DNA of 64,000 bases from Hydrolagus affinis. Lineage: Eukaryota. The position numbers and the translations under genes were made by a program. Shown in pieces: positions 24,358-38,122 of the stretch. The DNA lies in assembly GCA_012026655.1 (NCBI GenBank), contig JAAILG010000075.1, positions 1 to 64,000 on the forward strand, in the 5' to 3' direction. Numbering within the stretch: the stretch's first letter is position 1; every line of letters starts with the position of its first letter. The notes under the pieces are model-generated. The model searched no databases. It had not been told where the DNA came from and worked only from the letters and a program-made list of their open reading frames with translations.

Positions 24358-25734
24358 CAGTTTTATATTTACGTCTTTTGTCTTGATGTTTGTGGACTAA
24401 AATCTAAACTAAAAATTTATTTCCATTTCCTGATGAAAAGGTTAATTATCCTGTAACATTCTCAGTGTATTCAAATGATGGAGATGAGGCATTCCCTGGA
24501 TTATTTTAAAACTATTAGCATTTACCAAAGTGAAACATATGTGAACAGTTACAATCTTAAAGTAACTTTTTTTATCCTGCTTATTCTGTACTTTTAATCA
24601 GTTTTATTTATATTTATCTTTGTTTCCACTAAATCTAATTCTAAAAGTTTCACATTTTCTTTTGGAAGGTGTTAAAAGTCCGATTGTAACCTGGAAAAAA
24701 GGCCTTTTGTCAATGTTGGGGGTGTGACCTATTGAAAGATCAAGAACCTCTGCTCAGCAGGCCCTGGTCTGCTCCATGTCCACCATCCAGCCTACTCCAC
24801 TATCGCCATTTGGACCTTCAGCCTTTCTGCTCCTCAGGCTCTGGAATTCCATCCCGATCTGCCTCTCCTGCTCTTTACCTTCCTCGAGGCCCATCTCGAG
24901 ACATTCTATTCCAATTGTGCCTTTCGTCATTTTCCCTCTTCCACCCCTTCTTATTCCAACCAACAATTCAGTTGCAAACAGCACATTGTCCAAAGTCTTG
25001 GGATGTCCTTCTGACATGAAAGGCTCTATGTTAATGCCAAGTTGCTATTGTGATGTTTGCATCCAAGCTATAAGGTTGAATGTACCATTGCCGCTCCCCA
25101 AATTGAACTTGGAATTGCACCTCTACATTTTAAATCTTTTCTGAAAATAAAGTCAACTATTCCCATGAGGGTTGCCCATTCGCTTGCTGGGCAGCGACAC
25201 TATATTGTGAAACACTAAAGTTCACTTACCTCATCCAAATGGAACCAGCCAAATAAGATATAGTGCCAATATAACTGTGATGAAGAAAGGTCAAATGACA
25301 CATTTGCTGAGGATTAACAGTAAAACACCAGCTTCCATTTCTCTGCAGCTGATTCACTATCACTTACAATGTTTATCACATGGTCTGAAAACCTAATTGT
25401 ATGTCCAGGATAAAAACTTGCAAATAATGGAAACTCCTTTTATTAATGCACTTAGCATTTATTGCATATATGCAATATAAAACTTTCAGAATTAATATTT
25501 TCACATGTGCAATAAGATAACAAAATAATTATCTGCTTGGCTTATTAAGTAACTTTGTAGGGGGTGGTAGTGACTGATATGATTGAAATCCTGCACTGGA
25601 AATAATTGCTTCAATACCTCGAAGAGATGAGTATGGAAAGTCATCTGAAATGGAAATTTGGTGACAGATGGATACTGAGATTAACTACCTTTAGAATTGG
25701 AATATTTACACAGAGCATTCCCCGGAAAATGATA

Positions 25735-26075
25735 ACAACCTTTGCATATAGCACCTTATCACATCTTAAAGTGCTTCACAGAACGTAAAGTAAATTGACT
25801 GTATATTTGGTGTGTGAAATGCAGTATATTTGGTGGGTGAAATTATGCACAGCAATGTCCCAGAAACAGTTATGAATTAAGTGACCAAATTTTTTTTTGG
25901 AAGGGATTATTACCCCCCAAAAAGTGATCCGCCAATTGACCAACAATCTGGTGCCTACTTCCTGCTAGTTGAACAGAGGCGTGTGGAGTAAGGAAAGTTG
26001 CCCAATATTTCGTCCTGCCAGGAATTTAACCCAAGTGCTCTCACTTGTGAGGTATGCTCTAACCACTGGACTACA
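25735..26075 (-). mobile_element. Diverged SINE, long variant
   Basis: Head CTCTAACCACTGGACTACA, GGAGTAAGGAAAGTTGCCCA motif and core. Confidence 0.72.
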
Positions 26076-27388
26076 TGATGAGTGGATGGGAATGGAATCC
26101 ATGATAGGTTTTTCTATGGTCTATTAGGTAATGGCATTGGGGCAAATAATCTTTACTCGCTCTAGATGTCTAGAAGACATGAAAAGTGCTAAATGAAATG
26201 CAAGGAATATTATATTCTATATTAAGTCCAATTACAGTACTCCTTAAACACTCCAATTTCTGTTTGGACTTGATCCTACTTGTTAACTGAAAACCTGTTC
26301 TTAAGTTTGGCTGGAAGTATATTTATGTCTGGAGGTTGTTGCAATTGTGAGTCTTTAAATTTAATATGTAATGTGTGCTATGTAGGATATTAATTGTGCT
26401 TTTATTTATTGCCATTAGTGACAATATTGGGTTGAAAAAACCAAGACAAACTATTCCACTTATTCACTTTCCTCTATGTAAAATCGTCAAATGAACTGTT
26501 CATTGTCTCTTTTGCTTTTAAGCTTGAACCTATAACCCCTTGTTATAGTCTTTACTTTATTCAACATTGTTGCATACTAATCCATCTATATTAAGCATTT
26601 GATTACTCTGATCTTCTAAAACAAACATTTGTACCTTTCAAAAATTTCTAATGGTTGAGGTGGCTAATCCCATGGATTAATTGAGTTGCCAACAGAGCAT
26701 ACAGTACCTCTCCAATGCCAAATAATCAACTGATATGGACAGCAGAATGGTTAACTAAGCCTGGAAGGCCCATACCAATTCTTTAGCCACACCATCCTCC
26801 ATTCTTTCTGAGAATTGTGATACCCTCTCAGCTGTACATCCTAAACTGTACTTGTCTTTCTTACCACTGCCAACCACTTTATTGATCAATTTCAAGAAAC
26901 TGGTGTCCCCCAAATCCTTTCTGTATTCTCAGTAAGTATCCAATGTTTACATTAGATTAGATCCCAATACACTTGCATTTATAGTACAATATGCATTGTT
27001 TCCTTGTTAGTCACCAAGATGTAAAGTTCACATTGCTTAATCATACAGTACTAGACTTACATTACACTTTAACTCTCTGTAATTTGTTGCACATGAAACT
27101 AAGCTACTGCAAATTCAAAAGCAACTACTAGATATACAAACAACAAATTCAAAAACAACAGTCTGTAAATATTAACACTATCTCTAGAATGTTTTGTATT
27201 CTATATATACTATATATACATATAATATAGAATACATAACATTATAGAGATCTTGTGTTAATATTATTTACTTTATAATAAATAATATTAACACAAGATC
27301 TCTAATGTTATGTATTCTATATTATATGTTTATAATTATATATGTGAAAGGCATTATACAAATATAACTTTGTTGTTATAGTTAACAT

Positions 27389-27755
27389 CAACAAAGTTAT
27401 ATTTGTATAATGCCTTTCACGTCAGTAGGACTTCCCAAGGTGCTGGACAGTCAGTGTTTCAGAACTAAGTCTGGGGGGTGGGGTCGTGGAGGGTGATCGG
27501 TGGCACGTTCAAAGAGGATTATCCTGAGATGGGTCTTGAAGGAGGCAAAGGAGGGGGCGAGGCAGAGGGACTGCAGGATGGAATTCCAGAGAGTGGTGGC
27601 AAAATGCCTGAAGGCTATTCTGCCAATAGTGGGGCAGGTGAGGATGTGGACGTGAGCGAAGATAGAAGGCAGGTTGGTAGGGGGTTAGGAGGTTGCGGAG
27701 GTAGGGGAGAGCAAGGCCATGGAGGTCTTAAAGTGAGGACCAAGATCTTGAACTG
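27389..27755 (-). mobile_element. L2 LINE 3' end
   Basis: Reverse complement of FKILVLTLRPP... through the L2 tail. Confidence 0.82.
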
Positions 27756-28619
27756 ATAACCTCAGATAAACTCCTTCCTTATGCAATTACCAAGGATCAA
27801 ACAAAGAAAAATACCCCTTTAAATGAGGATATGAATAAAACTCCATTACCCATTCATTTAGCTCTGCTTCATACCGAAGGTCTTAACCAAGTATCCCCTA
27901 ATCACATTAATATTCAGAAACACCAATTGCAGCCTATTGGATTCTATCAGAGACTGCTTTCACTTTCTTGAATCATTTCTAACATTCCACTAAATTAGTA
28001 CTGAAGGAATGTTGGCCTTTCCCACACTCTGAACTCAATGAAATGGACCAGAATAATTTGATGGTATCTCTTATTTGGAGGCTTGCATTGTCCAGGGTTT
28101 GTCTTATTTCGATTCCAATTTGCAATTATAATTTTTTTTTAATTGAATCCAGTCATTGGTTCATTGAATACAATTGTGTTACAATGAACCAATGACTGGA
28201 TTCAATTAACAATTATTATTAACAATTAACAATTAAACCAATTATTGAGAAAGAGTTAGCATCTTTGTTTCTAGTTTCTGTGCACATTATTAAAACATTT
28301 TCTGTGGTTAATAATAGGTTAATAATTATAGTCCTTATGCTGGTGGTTTTACGTGTGTGTGTAAATATATACACAACCATTATTTCTAAATATACCAATT
28401 GATACATGGTATAAGCCACTGGAAATAAAGTGGAGTGACTATTTGTAGATCAATGTGGCAGTCTAGTTGCACACAGCAATGTCCCAAACAACCATGAAAA
28501 AAATTCTTAGTAAAAAAAAAAACCAGGAGAAGCAGAAACTTCTAACATTTACTTGCGAATTCTTAATGCTGGTGTTCCTGCTTTTTTAAGGCATAAATTC
28601 AGTTATTTTAAAACCTGAT

Positions 28620-28940
28620 TTAATAATAATAATCCTTGCATTTGATATAGCACTTCATGTCTTCTAATAATAATGACATCTTCTAGACATCTCAGAGCAT
28701 ACTGTAAAGTGAACTGACTGTTCATTTGTGGGCAACACTTGACAACTGATTGTGCACAGCAGTGTCCCACAAATAGTCATGGATTGAAGTAATCAATGTA
28801 TTATTGTTTTTTTTCTTGAGGGATTATTATCAGGCATGTGGAGAAAGGAAACTTGTGCGCAAGGTTTTAGCATGCTGGGAATCAATACCAGGTTTCTTGC
28901 TTGCGAGGCATGTGCTGTAACCACTGAGCTGCAGGACTCC
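28620..28940 (-). mobile_element. Full-length SINE
   Basis: (AAT)n CCTTGCATTTG tail through AACCACTGAGCTGCAGGACTCC head. Confidence 0.85.
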
Positions 28941-30625
28941 ATCAGATAACCTCTCATTTGGTCAGATGATAGATAGATATTCTTATTGTGATTGTAAATG
29001 GTCCATATCCCACCCAATAGATTGTTTCAGCTTTCTCTGGCTGGGAAGGAGAGGGTAGGAATTGGACATGTAGCTAAACATTTGTTCTAAACGTAGGACA
29101 TCTAATGGTTTGTTAGGAGACTGGCTTTATTACAAATACTGGTATGATACAACAACAAAATTACATTTGTATAGCACATTTCACGTCAGGAGGACGTTCC
29201 AAGGTATTGGACAGTCACTGCTTCAAGGCTCAACTCATTTTTAAAAAAAAAGTTTTTAATGCCAAAGGTCATATTGTATCTGTAAAAGTAGAAAAAGTAT
29301 CCACACTGGGATAAGAAAGTAACAGATGTTTGGGGCCAATGGACTATGGGAAAAGGACAAGTACATGAGAATGAATGGATTAGTCTTTAAAAGTCAGCCC
29401 AGACAATGGGCCAAAACACCACCTTCTGTAAATTCCCATGGTTTTACATGGCCTGTTTAGCTGCCATATCATTCTGTGTATAGCACTTGAGTTTTATAAT
29501 CCAATGACATTGTAATTCTGGTAAGTATACTGACTAATTTAAAGGTGTATACAACAGGCACTTGAATAAAATTCAAATGAAAGGTCGTTTACCTGGAGGA
29601 TTGTTGGCCAACAAAGTGGGTGAAACTCCCTTTTCTTTCTGAATAGTGTAATGGGATATTTTTAGTGTGTATCTGAAGCGGGTAGATATGGCCAAAATTT
29701 GTTTACCCAGAAGGACAGCATCTCTTACAAACAGCATACACCCCTGGAACAAAACTAGTAAGCCAAGACTGCAAACTAAAGTCTCAATGTGAGATTTAAA
29801 GCTACAACCTCTGACTCATAGGTGAGAAAGCCATTCAGCCAAAGTCCTCAGTTCCTTTGATCACAGTAACTACTCTCATAAGGAGCCATAATCTTAATGA
29901 AGAGAATTTTTACAATATTATCATACAAGCCTGCAGAGGATCTGTATTGTTGCATGGGTGGGTTTTGAGTTATTAACACATCTTCCCAGTATTGGGGAAA
30001 TAGTACAATATACATACAGCGCACATTCCTACAAACGTAACCTCTGCAGCTCACAATAGGAAGAGATAAGGTTGGGATTTGATTGGTGGTTTGATGCATT
30101 AACTGGTGAGCAATGCTAAAAGGGCTCCATTGAAAATAGGATTTGAAACTTTCTCTACTTGTGTTGCAATTGTATAAAATATGCATTGGGATTCAATTGT
30201 TACAAAAATATTCCACTCTTTCAGTTCTACCTCTATGAAAGAAAAGCATTTCTCCTTCAAGCCTTCTGTCTGCTTGACAGAAAAGTCCAACTGTGACAAG
30301 AAACTGTTAGCTGCAGAGTAACTGATACCACCCTCAACTGCTTACATCTGGACACTTACATTTTGGGTGTTTATTTTAGACTTTGGCTTAGTTAAGACAA
30401 ACCAGTCTCTCTGGTGCCTAAAGCATCAATGTTGGCAACATTTCTTTCCTTTCTCCCCTCCTTACTTAACCCTTTCATAGAGAAAACAGACTCCCTCATC
30501 TGAATTTAGGATGGGAATTGTTGTGATTGCAGGCAGACAGCATTTGGTTTCATTTGTGCTGAAAGCAGGTACAAGCTTGTTTAACTTTTGGTACATTTTT
30601 TTAAAAATCAGCTTTGGGGGTTTTT

Positions 30626-30930
30626 GGAGTCCAGCAGCGCATTGGTTTGAGCCCTCGCCTTGCAAACGAGAGGACTTAGGGTTTGATTCCCAGGCAGGGC
30701 GAAACATTAAGCATGTTTACTTACTCCATCTGCCTGTTTAGCTAGCAGTGTGTAGGAACCAGATTGTTAGTCAATTAGTGAATCATTTTTCTGGACTTAA
30801 ATTTTTTTTTAAAATGTACATGTTTTTATAATAATAATTTGGTCACTAAATCTCCGACTGTGGAAAACTGCTGTGTGCAATTGGTTGCTGCTTTTCATCC
30901 AGTAATTATACAATCAATTAACTTACACTT
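30626..30930 (+). mobile_element. Diverged SINE, long variant
   Basis: GGAGTCCAGCAGCGCATTGG head, GGTTTGATTCCC B box, CTGCTGTGTGCAATTGG core. Confidence 0.72.
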
Positions 30931-33559
30931 CTATCAGTCACCTTGCATTGAGTAAATTCTGTATTCCACATCTGCAAGGTTACTACTATGTTATAATTCA
31001 TACCTCTTTAACTGTTCAATATTTTAGCGCATGAATGAGATGGATTGACCATTCAATAGTTAATAGCAAATAGGTTTTTTAAAACTACAGTTAAAAGATA
31101 ATTTAAGACAATTGTTAAAATCTGTTTTCTCTTAATACACATGCAGTCTATGCAGACAATTAGAAAATAATATTCAACATATCTGTGAGAATAAAAACTG
31201 AGCTCATGATTTTACAGCGATACCTAGCAAGATTAAAAGGTGAAAATTCTGTATTTTGTGTTTAAAATGTCTATCTTCAATTCTCAGAATATCTTTCAAA
31301 AGGATTGCATGATGAAGACCATGTGAGTGTTAGCCTAAAATCTAATGTATTATTTGAGTATTACAGCAATCCCTTGAATAAAAAAGGGCAACATTTCCGG
31401 AAATGAAGAAAAAAATTGTGATTCCCCTAAGATTACAAGATTACTAAAATTAATAAAATTACAATCTATATCAAATGCAAGGATTATTATAATCTAATGG
31501 TTCATTAAATTTGGCAACTAGCAAAAATATGATCTCCCTATTTGTGTTTTTTTAAATTATCTTATAAGAGTAAAAGCAGACATTTTATTCTGTAGACCTA
31601 ACATTTGCACAATATAATCTGCTAAACAACAATGAAGCTATGCTTACATAACTGATAGAAGGCCAACCTACTTAGGGAGGAAAATTCCATCTAGATCTAG
31701 ATTTTCTCTATTAATATTTCAGAGGTTGCATAATCTGAAAAATGATTGATTCAGTCTCAACTTTGAAGTTACTTTTCTAATAGTAAATTCTCCCACTTAG
31801 TGCCTTTGAAGTCTAAATCAACCCCTAATTACAAACACAGTTTTCAAGTACCATGTCAAACAATAAACAACTCATAGCTACATAAATTCGAACACCTACC
31901 AAATGTGAATGAATTCAGACCAGTGGAATAAATAAATTCAAGTTTGCAGATTTGATACATAATTTCCATCTGTACAGCAGGAACCAGGAATTCACTAAAA
32001 CTAACAGCCTTTATTTATTACCATAACTAGCTAATGATTAATGGGAAACTCTTTGTAAAGTTCAAAGCAAAGTTTACATTACGAGTTTGTACAAGAACTC
32101 GGATGAACCTTACACAGTTATCAGATCACAAATCTGTACCAATAAAATGACTCTGTCTGTCTGCGCTTCAAGAAGGATCTCAATAACCGATTGATGTAGA
32201 GACCTCATTGGAAAGGCCTTGCTCTGGGAGTGACATGAGCATATTTGTTTTCGGGCATCTCCTATCGTTTATGAGTTATTATGTTAATGTAGCTAAGTTT
32301 AGGCGTTTTTCACTGTGGTTACATCTGGTGGTCTCCAAGTGACACAGTGACACTGTATCCCATAGGGGATACAGTGTCACTGTATACACGTATACACTCG
32401 CACTGCAGTTACATCTGGTGGCTGCGCCGGCTGACTGTAGCACTGAAGCATTCTGTGTCGCAGAGCACACACAAAGCCAAGTGGCGCCGGGAACAAAATA
32501 AAGAACACAGATGAAGCTAAGTGGCAGCGGCGGCAACAACAATAAAATTTGATATTTAAAGCTCCTTTCAGGTCATAGAGTCTTCCTAGTGATTATAAAT
32601 TATATATGTATATATATATATATATATTTAACACTATAACGATGCCTAAGCTAAAATTAAACATTTCAAGGATAAGTAGATGTGTCTGTCTGTGTGTCAA
32701 TCTATATTTAATTTTGGATCCTATCGTTTGCTGCAATGTGTACAGCTAGTCTATTAATAAAATTAATTGGAAGAGTTGAAAACCCATAACAGATATTTCT
32801 GCCATCATGAGGTCTGTGATGCCCAGCAGTTTCAGTCTTTGAAATCGAATTACATTAAGGACTAATTTCAATGTGCTGTTTACTTAAACACCATAGAACA
32901 TTTATCGTCTGAAAAGCAAATTAGTCAATTGCTACATGTTCTGTTCATCATGACATGTTGTTTTATGCAGTAGAATGAAATTATTACAGTGGAATTCCAT
33001 GTTCTTAGGCTAATAAAATAAATCCTGCAAGGCAAATGTAGGCATTGGCTTATTGGTAGACAATTTTTCATGGTTTTCAAACATGTTGACCTATTCTCTC
33101 AATAACTGAAGACCACTGTGAACTGATTCTGGTTCTAGCTCTACCTCTTCCCTCCCAATCACAACTCTGTCCAGTGGTTGGGCCTGAATATAGCTTGTAT
33201 TTAACTTGGTGGCTTATGGATTGTGAGACTGCAGTACTGGTTAGGACACTACTGCTTTAACAAAAGAGTAAATTTAGTGCCAGTATACTGACATCTGCCA
33301 AACAGCCGTGCAAAACTGCAAACTGTAAATTAGAACTGAATTTAAGAATTTTCTGCAATCATAAATCATAAAACAAAATATCTTGCAGATTAAGTTTGAA
33401 CAGAATTTGAATCCTCACTTGCCACAATCTCATCCGTTTGCTTTAAAGGACTGAATCTCAAGTGGATGATTGTGAGCATAGCTTCCAAATGGCTTTTGCT
33501 GGTTAACCACGAAAGATGCAAGATTAAAATTTTGATGTTCAATCTGGTTCAGGGCAATT

Positions 33560-33830
33560 CACAGGAATATAGGAACAGGAGTAGGCCATTGAGCCCTTCG
33601 AGCCTTTTCCACCACTTAATTAGATTATGGCTGATCTATACCTCTACTAATTCTTTCAATTCCAATTACCCACTTTCTCCCCATATCCCTCAATACCCTA
33701 CCTAACAAAAATTTATCAGTCTCAATCTTGAAGGTGTGGATGGATTCAGCATTGATGATCTTTTGGGGGAGGGAATTTCAGATTTCTACTATCATTTGAC
33801 TGAAAAAATGCTTCCTGCTTTTTCAAAGAA
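33560..33830 (-). mobile_element. CR1-type LINE 3' end
   Basis: ATAGGAACAGGAGTAGGCCATTGAGCCCTTCGAGCC...ATTATGGCTGATC, the common chondrichthyan CR1 3' UTR in antisense (from recall). Confidence 0.65.
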
Positions 33831-35177
33831 ATAAACAGGACAATTAACTGGTGTGGTAATGGCTTACAAAAAAAATGAGAAGAATTTGTTTTGTTTGACA
33901 TTTTATGAGGATGATGGAAGTAGACAGCTGTGAAAAAAAAGTTATATGTCATGTATGGAAAATTAAACTGATGTCAGATCTCACACTTTTGTACCAGGAA
34001 AATGGCTACTCTTGTAAAGAACAGGATTGAATACACATGTACAGGATCACACAGAATTTTAACTTGAGTCCACAGATATGGAAAACGTACAACTCCTGGT
34101 GATCTAGAATTTCCGTTCAGCAAAGCAGGAGACATTATAATAAGGATCACCTTGTAGGGATTGTGTGCCTTTTAACACACAAATAATGTAGAAACTGAGT
34201 TTTAGTTACAAAAAGAAATTTCTAGTAAAAATAGTAATGCTTTTTTTTACTACTTCAAGAAAATAAGAACAGGAAATGCAGGACAAATAAATTTGTTGTT
34301 GATGGAATACAAGAAGGGTGGGGCGTGCTAATTGACAACTCCGGTTTTTTGGAAGAAACACATCTCAGAAATAGTTGTAATATTTTTTAAACTAGAAGCG
34401 AGTTTAAACTAGAAGCTGTATGTGACATTTCTCTACTTACTCACTTCTCTTTCCCCTCACCCCTCCCCTCCTTTTTTGGTTAGTCTAGATGCTGCCAGAT
34501 TTATACACGTCTAACAAGGAGGATTTTATATTATTACTTTACACACATATAACAGATCTCTTCAATCTCACAAACCAAAATCTGGAGCACACAGTGTAGA
34601 ACATGGGAAGACACTGCACAACTTCTTCACAACACAGTGCCTGGATTCATCATAAAGTTAACTCTTTACACTTGTGAAGTAAGGCTTTGATGCTTTTTCT
34701 ATGCTCATTGCCAACTCAGAACAGGAAAAAAACAAGATCACCTTATTCCACCCCTGGAACATTGCCTGCTTACACCCTTATATGACTTTCTCTGCTGCTG
34801 AAACCTTGCTTTCAACAGCAGGGGGATAGATTTTTTTCCAATGCTCTATTCATTGGCTTTCCGAGATAAAACGTTCTGCCTAAGTTGTCCACTGCAGAAA
34901 TTATTCCCATCTTCACCAAGCTCTGTTGACTCCCATTATCACAGAGGTCTAAAGTTAGGTTGGTTTCATTCGTATTCAATTTTCCTCCCTCCATTCCAGC
35001 TCAGGCCAACATTCTTCAAACTCTGGCCATGTTACTCACCTTTGCCAAGCTTTCAGCCACATAATACCTCCACAAGCATCACATCTCTTTCTTCAGAATT
35101 ATCCTCTGGAACTACCTTTTGCTAACTCTCCACATGCTCTGAACAGCTTTCTAATATGGTCAATATTTTAACATTTC

Positions 35178-35372
35178 AAAATGCAAAATATTGCAGGTGC
35201 TGAAAATCCGAGGCAAAAACAGAAATCGCTGGGAACACTCAGCAGGTCAGGCAGCATCTCTGGAGAAAGGAAGGTGGGCCAACGTTTCAGGTCTGTGACC
35301 CTTCATCAGAATTCAAATGGTCTGATGAAGGATTGTGGACCCAAAACTTTCCTTTCTTCAAAGATGCTGCAT
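35178..35372. mobile_element. Penelope-like terminal remnant with inverted hammerhead-like cores
   Basis: ACTCAGCAGGTCAGGCAGCATCT...AACGTTTCAGGTCTGTGACCCTTCATCAG followed by an inverted degenerate copy; related to 47084-47212; family assignment from recall. Confidence 0.6.
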
Positions 35373-37838
35373 TTTTATATCTCATTTATCTGCCTGTTCC
35401 AGCACTATATGTGTCAACAACACCACTAACACACTGCATTTATAAACCGTCAGAAGCATGTCAGAAGCATTTAGAGATATTCTTTCTCTTGAAAATTGCT
35501 GTTGTCACATTCCAACTGTCTTATACAGTAAAGTTTAGGAACCAGTATTTTATAGTTATTCCTCAATTTCTAGAAATCAATACTTGACAAACACAGTAAT
35601 TATTTGCGCGGCAATACTTAAAGTAAAACAAAACAAATACCTGACAATCTGGCAATTCATCACGGGGGAAAAATACCACTCCAGATGTATTCTGCTAACT
35701 GATATAAAGAAACACATCACTTCAGCCTAATAATTTAAAATGAACCTTATTTTATATATGACAATGCAATGAGTCAAGTACTGCAAATGAGTGGAAGCTG
35801 GACACAGCTGAATAGAATGCTTTTCTAAGTAATGTGATGACAATGGCCTGTTGATTGCTTCAAAAGACTTAAAGGGACATTGTCCTTTGAGGAAGTTGTC
35901 CTGCCGTCCATTGTTTGCTGGGCGCACCTTGCACTCAAGATCCTGTTTCCACTGCTGCAATATTGGCTGCAGAGGTGTTTGCACTACAGCAGACGATGTA
36001 CAGTATTTTGTGTTGCTTGGAAATATTCAGTTCAGGTTTAACTCAGTGAATCTTAAGAAACTTCTAATTATAGCATAGCAGTAAAGTTTCTTAAGATTCA
36101 CCGAGTTAAACCTAAACTGAATATGTCCCATTGTCGAGACATCTCAAAGAATGTCCCAGTATACAACAACAACAAAATTATATTTCTAGAGCACCTTTCA
36201 CGTCAGTAGGACGTCCCAAAGTATTGAGTATATATAAAGTGGATTGACTGTATTTTGTATTACCATAAATGAATCAAAACAGCCTGCACTTTAGCAAAAT
36301 AGATTTTGAATCTAGGTGTTGTTATAAAAGACATTAGTGCTTTTGCATAGTTCAATGCAATGAAGCAAAGTAACATACACTTCAGAAGAAAAGCGGACAG
36401 AGTGGTGAGGAAATTAAAAGATACAACAGCAACAACAACAAAATTACATTTATACAGCATCTTTCATGTTGGGAGGACATCCCAAGGTGTTGAACAGTCA
36501 GAAAAGATAAGCTGGTTAAAGTTAATGGATACAACTAAATGCCTTAAAATTCTTTCAAAACAATCTCATTACAAACAATAATCATAAATAGGTTAAGCAA
36601 AAAACAGTACAATGTTTTGTTGATGGAGCTGCTTTGTAGGCTGTTTCCTCCGTAATGCTTGCTCAGCACTACTGAATAATACAACAATAAAATTTACATT
36701 TATGGAGCACCTTTCACGTCAGGAGGACGTCTCAAGGCGCTGAACATTCAGGTCAAGACCCAAGCAAGGGGGAGGGGCAGGGTAGTGGGGAGGGAGAGAG
36801 TTAGTAGGGAGGGAGAGAGTTGAGAAGGCAGCAGAAGGCACAATAGAAGAGGAATATAAACAAGTAATTACATCTTAAATTTACTTGAGCTGCTTTTCTT
36901 TAACTATCTCTGTTATTATAATAATCGTCCATTAAGTGGAGAAAAAGATCATATTAATTTTATGAGACACAAAGTCTATAAATATAGCAATATTTATTTA
37001 ATTGGAAAGACCATACTGATGGTTTATTCAATCAATATCAACTCTTCATGTCTAGTATCAGAGTCACAAAGCAGCAGAGCAGGAAACATGGTTATGCTTT
37101 TTACTTCAGGGGCTGCAAACTTCATGGTTGTTTGTGGGGCATTGGAGTACACAAATCGGCTCCTGCATTCACCCACAAACAATACACAGTCATAGCTCTT
37201 TACAATACATCTTGTGAAATGCATTGTGACGCCTCACATAATGAGGCTCAAAGTCTCAATGACATGATAAGGCATTATATCAAATGCAAGGATTATTATT
37301 AAAGGTTAATTGTCCTCTAGAGCCTATAAAAATTCTATAAGATCCTACTGGAACAGTTTGAAAGCTACGTGTCAAAGATTACTGTTAAAACAAATGGATT
37401 GTGGGCCTTGGCTGCAACTATAAATTAACTAGCCAGGGAGCCTGGGAGAATGCTCTACATTAAGGAAATATTAGGAGTCATTTTTCCCATCAGTAAAAAG
37501 TGACTCATATTGCAAAATAATCTAAAAGTAGCCGGTGGATAACTGGATGACCCAGTAGATTGTTAAACTATACTTTCACTAATGGAACTTGAATACAGGC
37601 CAAATTAATAGGATGCTGTAAGCATTTTATATGACATTATTGTATTTTGTCCAATCTCAAACCAGTTAAAAGTGATCATGAGTCCACCCCTCAAAATTAC
37701 TCCTCATTTTGATACTAAATTAGCAATTAAACTCAAGGTAGCTATGAGGGAGATTGTGAGGAAAATAGAAATGGCACATTAAATGGAATGAGGATTTTTA
37801 TAATAAACCAGGATTGCATCTCATTTCAAATGAGAAAT

Positions 37839-38122
37839 GGAGCTCCTGTGGNNNNNNNNNNNNNNNNNNNNNNNNNNNNNNNNNNNNNNNNNNNNNNNNN
37901 NNNNNNNNNNNNNNNNNNNNNNNNNNNNNNNNNNNNNNNNNNNNNNNNNNNCCACGACTGTGTGTGGGACACTGCTGTGCGCAATTGGCTGCCGCGATTC
38001 GCCCACAAATATATACAGTCAATTCACTTTACAGTATATTCTGTGAAGCGCTTTGGGACATTGATAAGATGTGGAAAGCGCTATATCAAATGCAAGGATT
38101 ATTATTATTATTATTATTATTA
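37839..38122 (+). mobile_element. Young SINE spanning an assembly gap
   Basis: Near-consensus 3' half after the Ns with long (TTA)n tail; head-like GGAGCTCCTGTGG before the Ns. Confidence 0.8.
37852..37951. other. Assembly gap (100 N)
   Basis: Run of N; true size unknown. Confidence 1.

Noticed and set aside
32601-32627. (TA)n microsatellite and other simple repeats
   Set aside because: Ordinary low-complexity sequence
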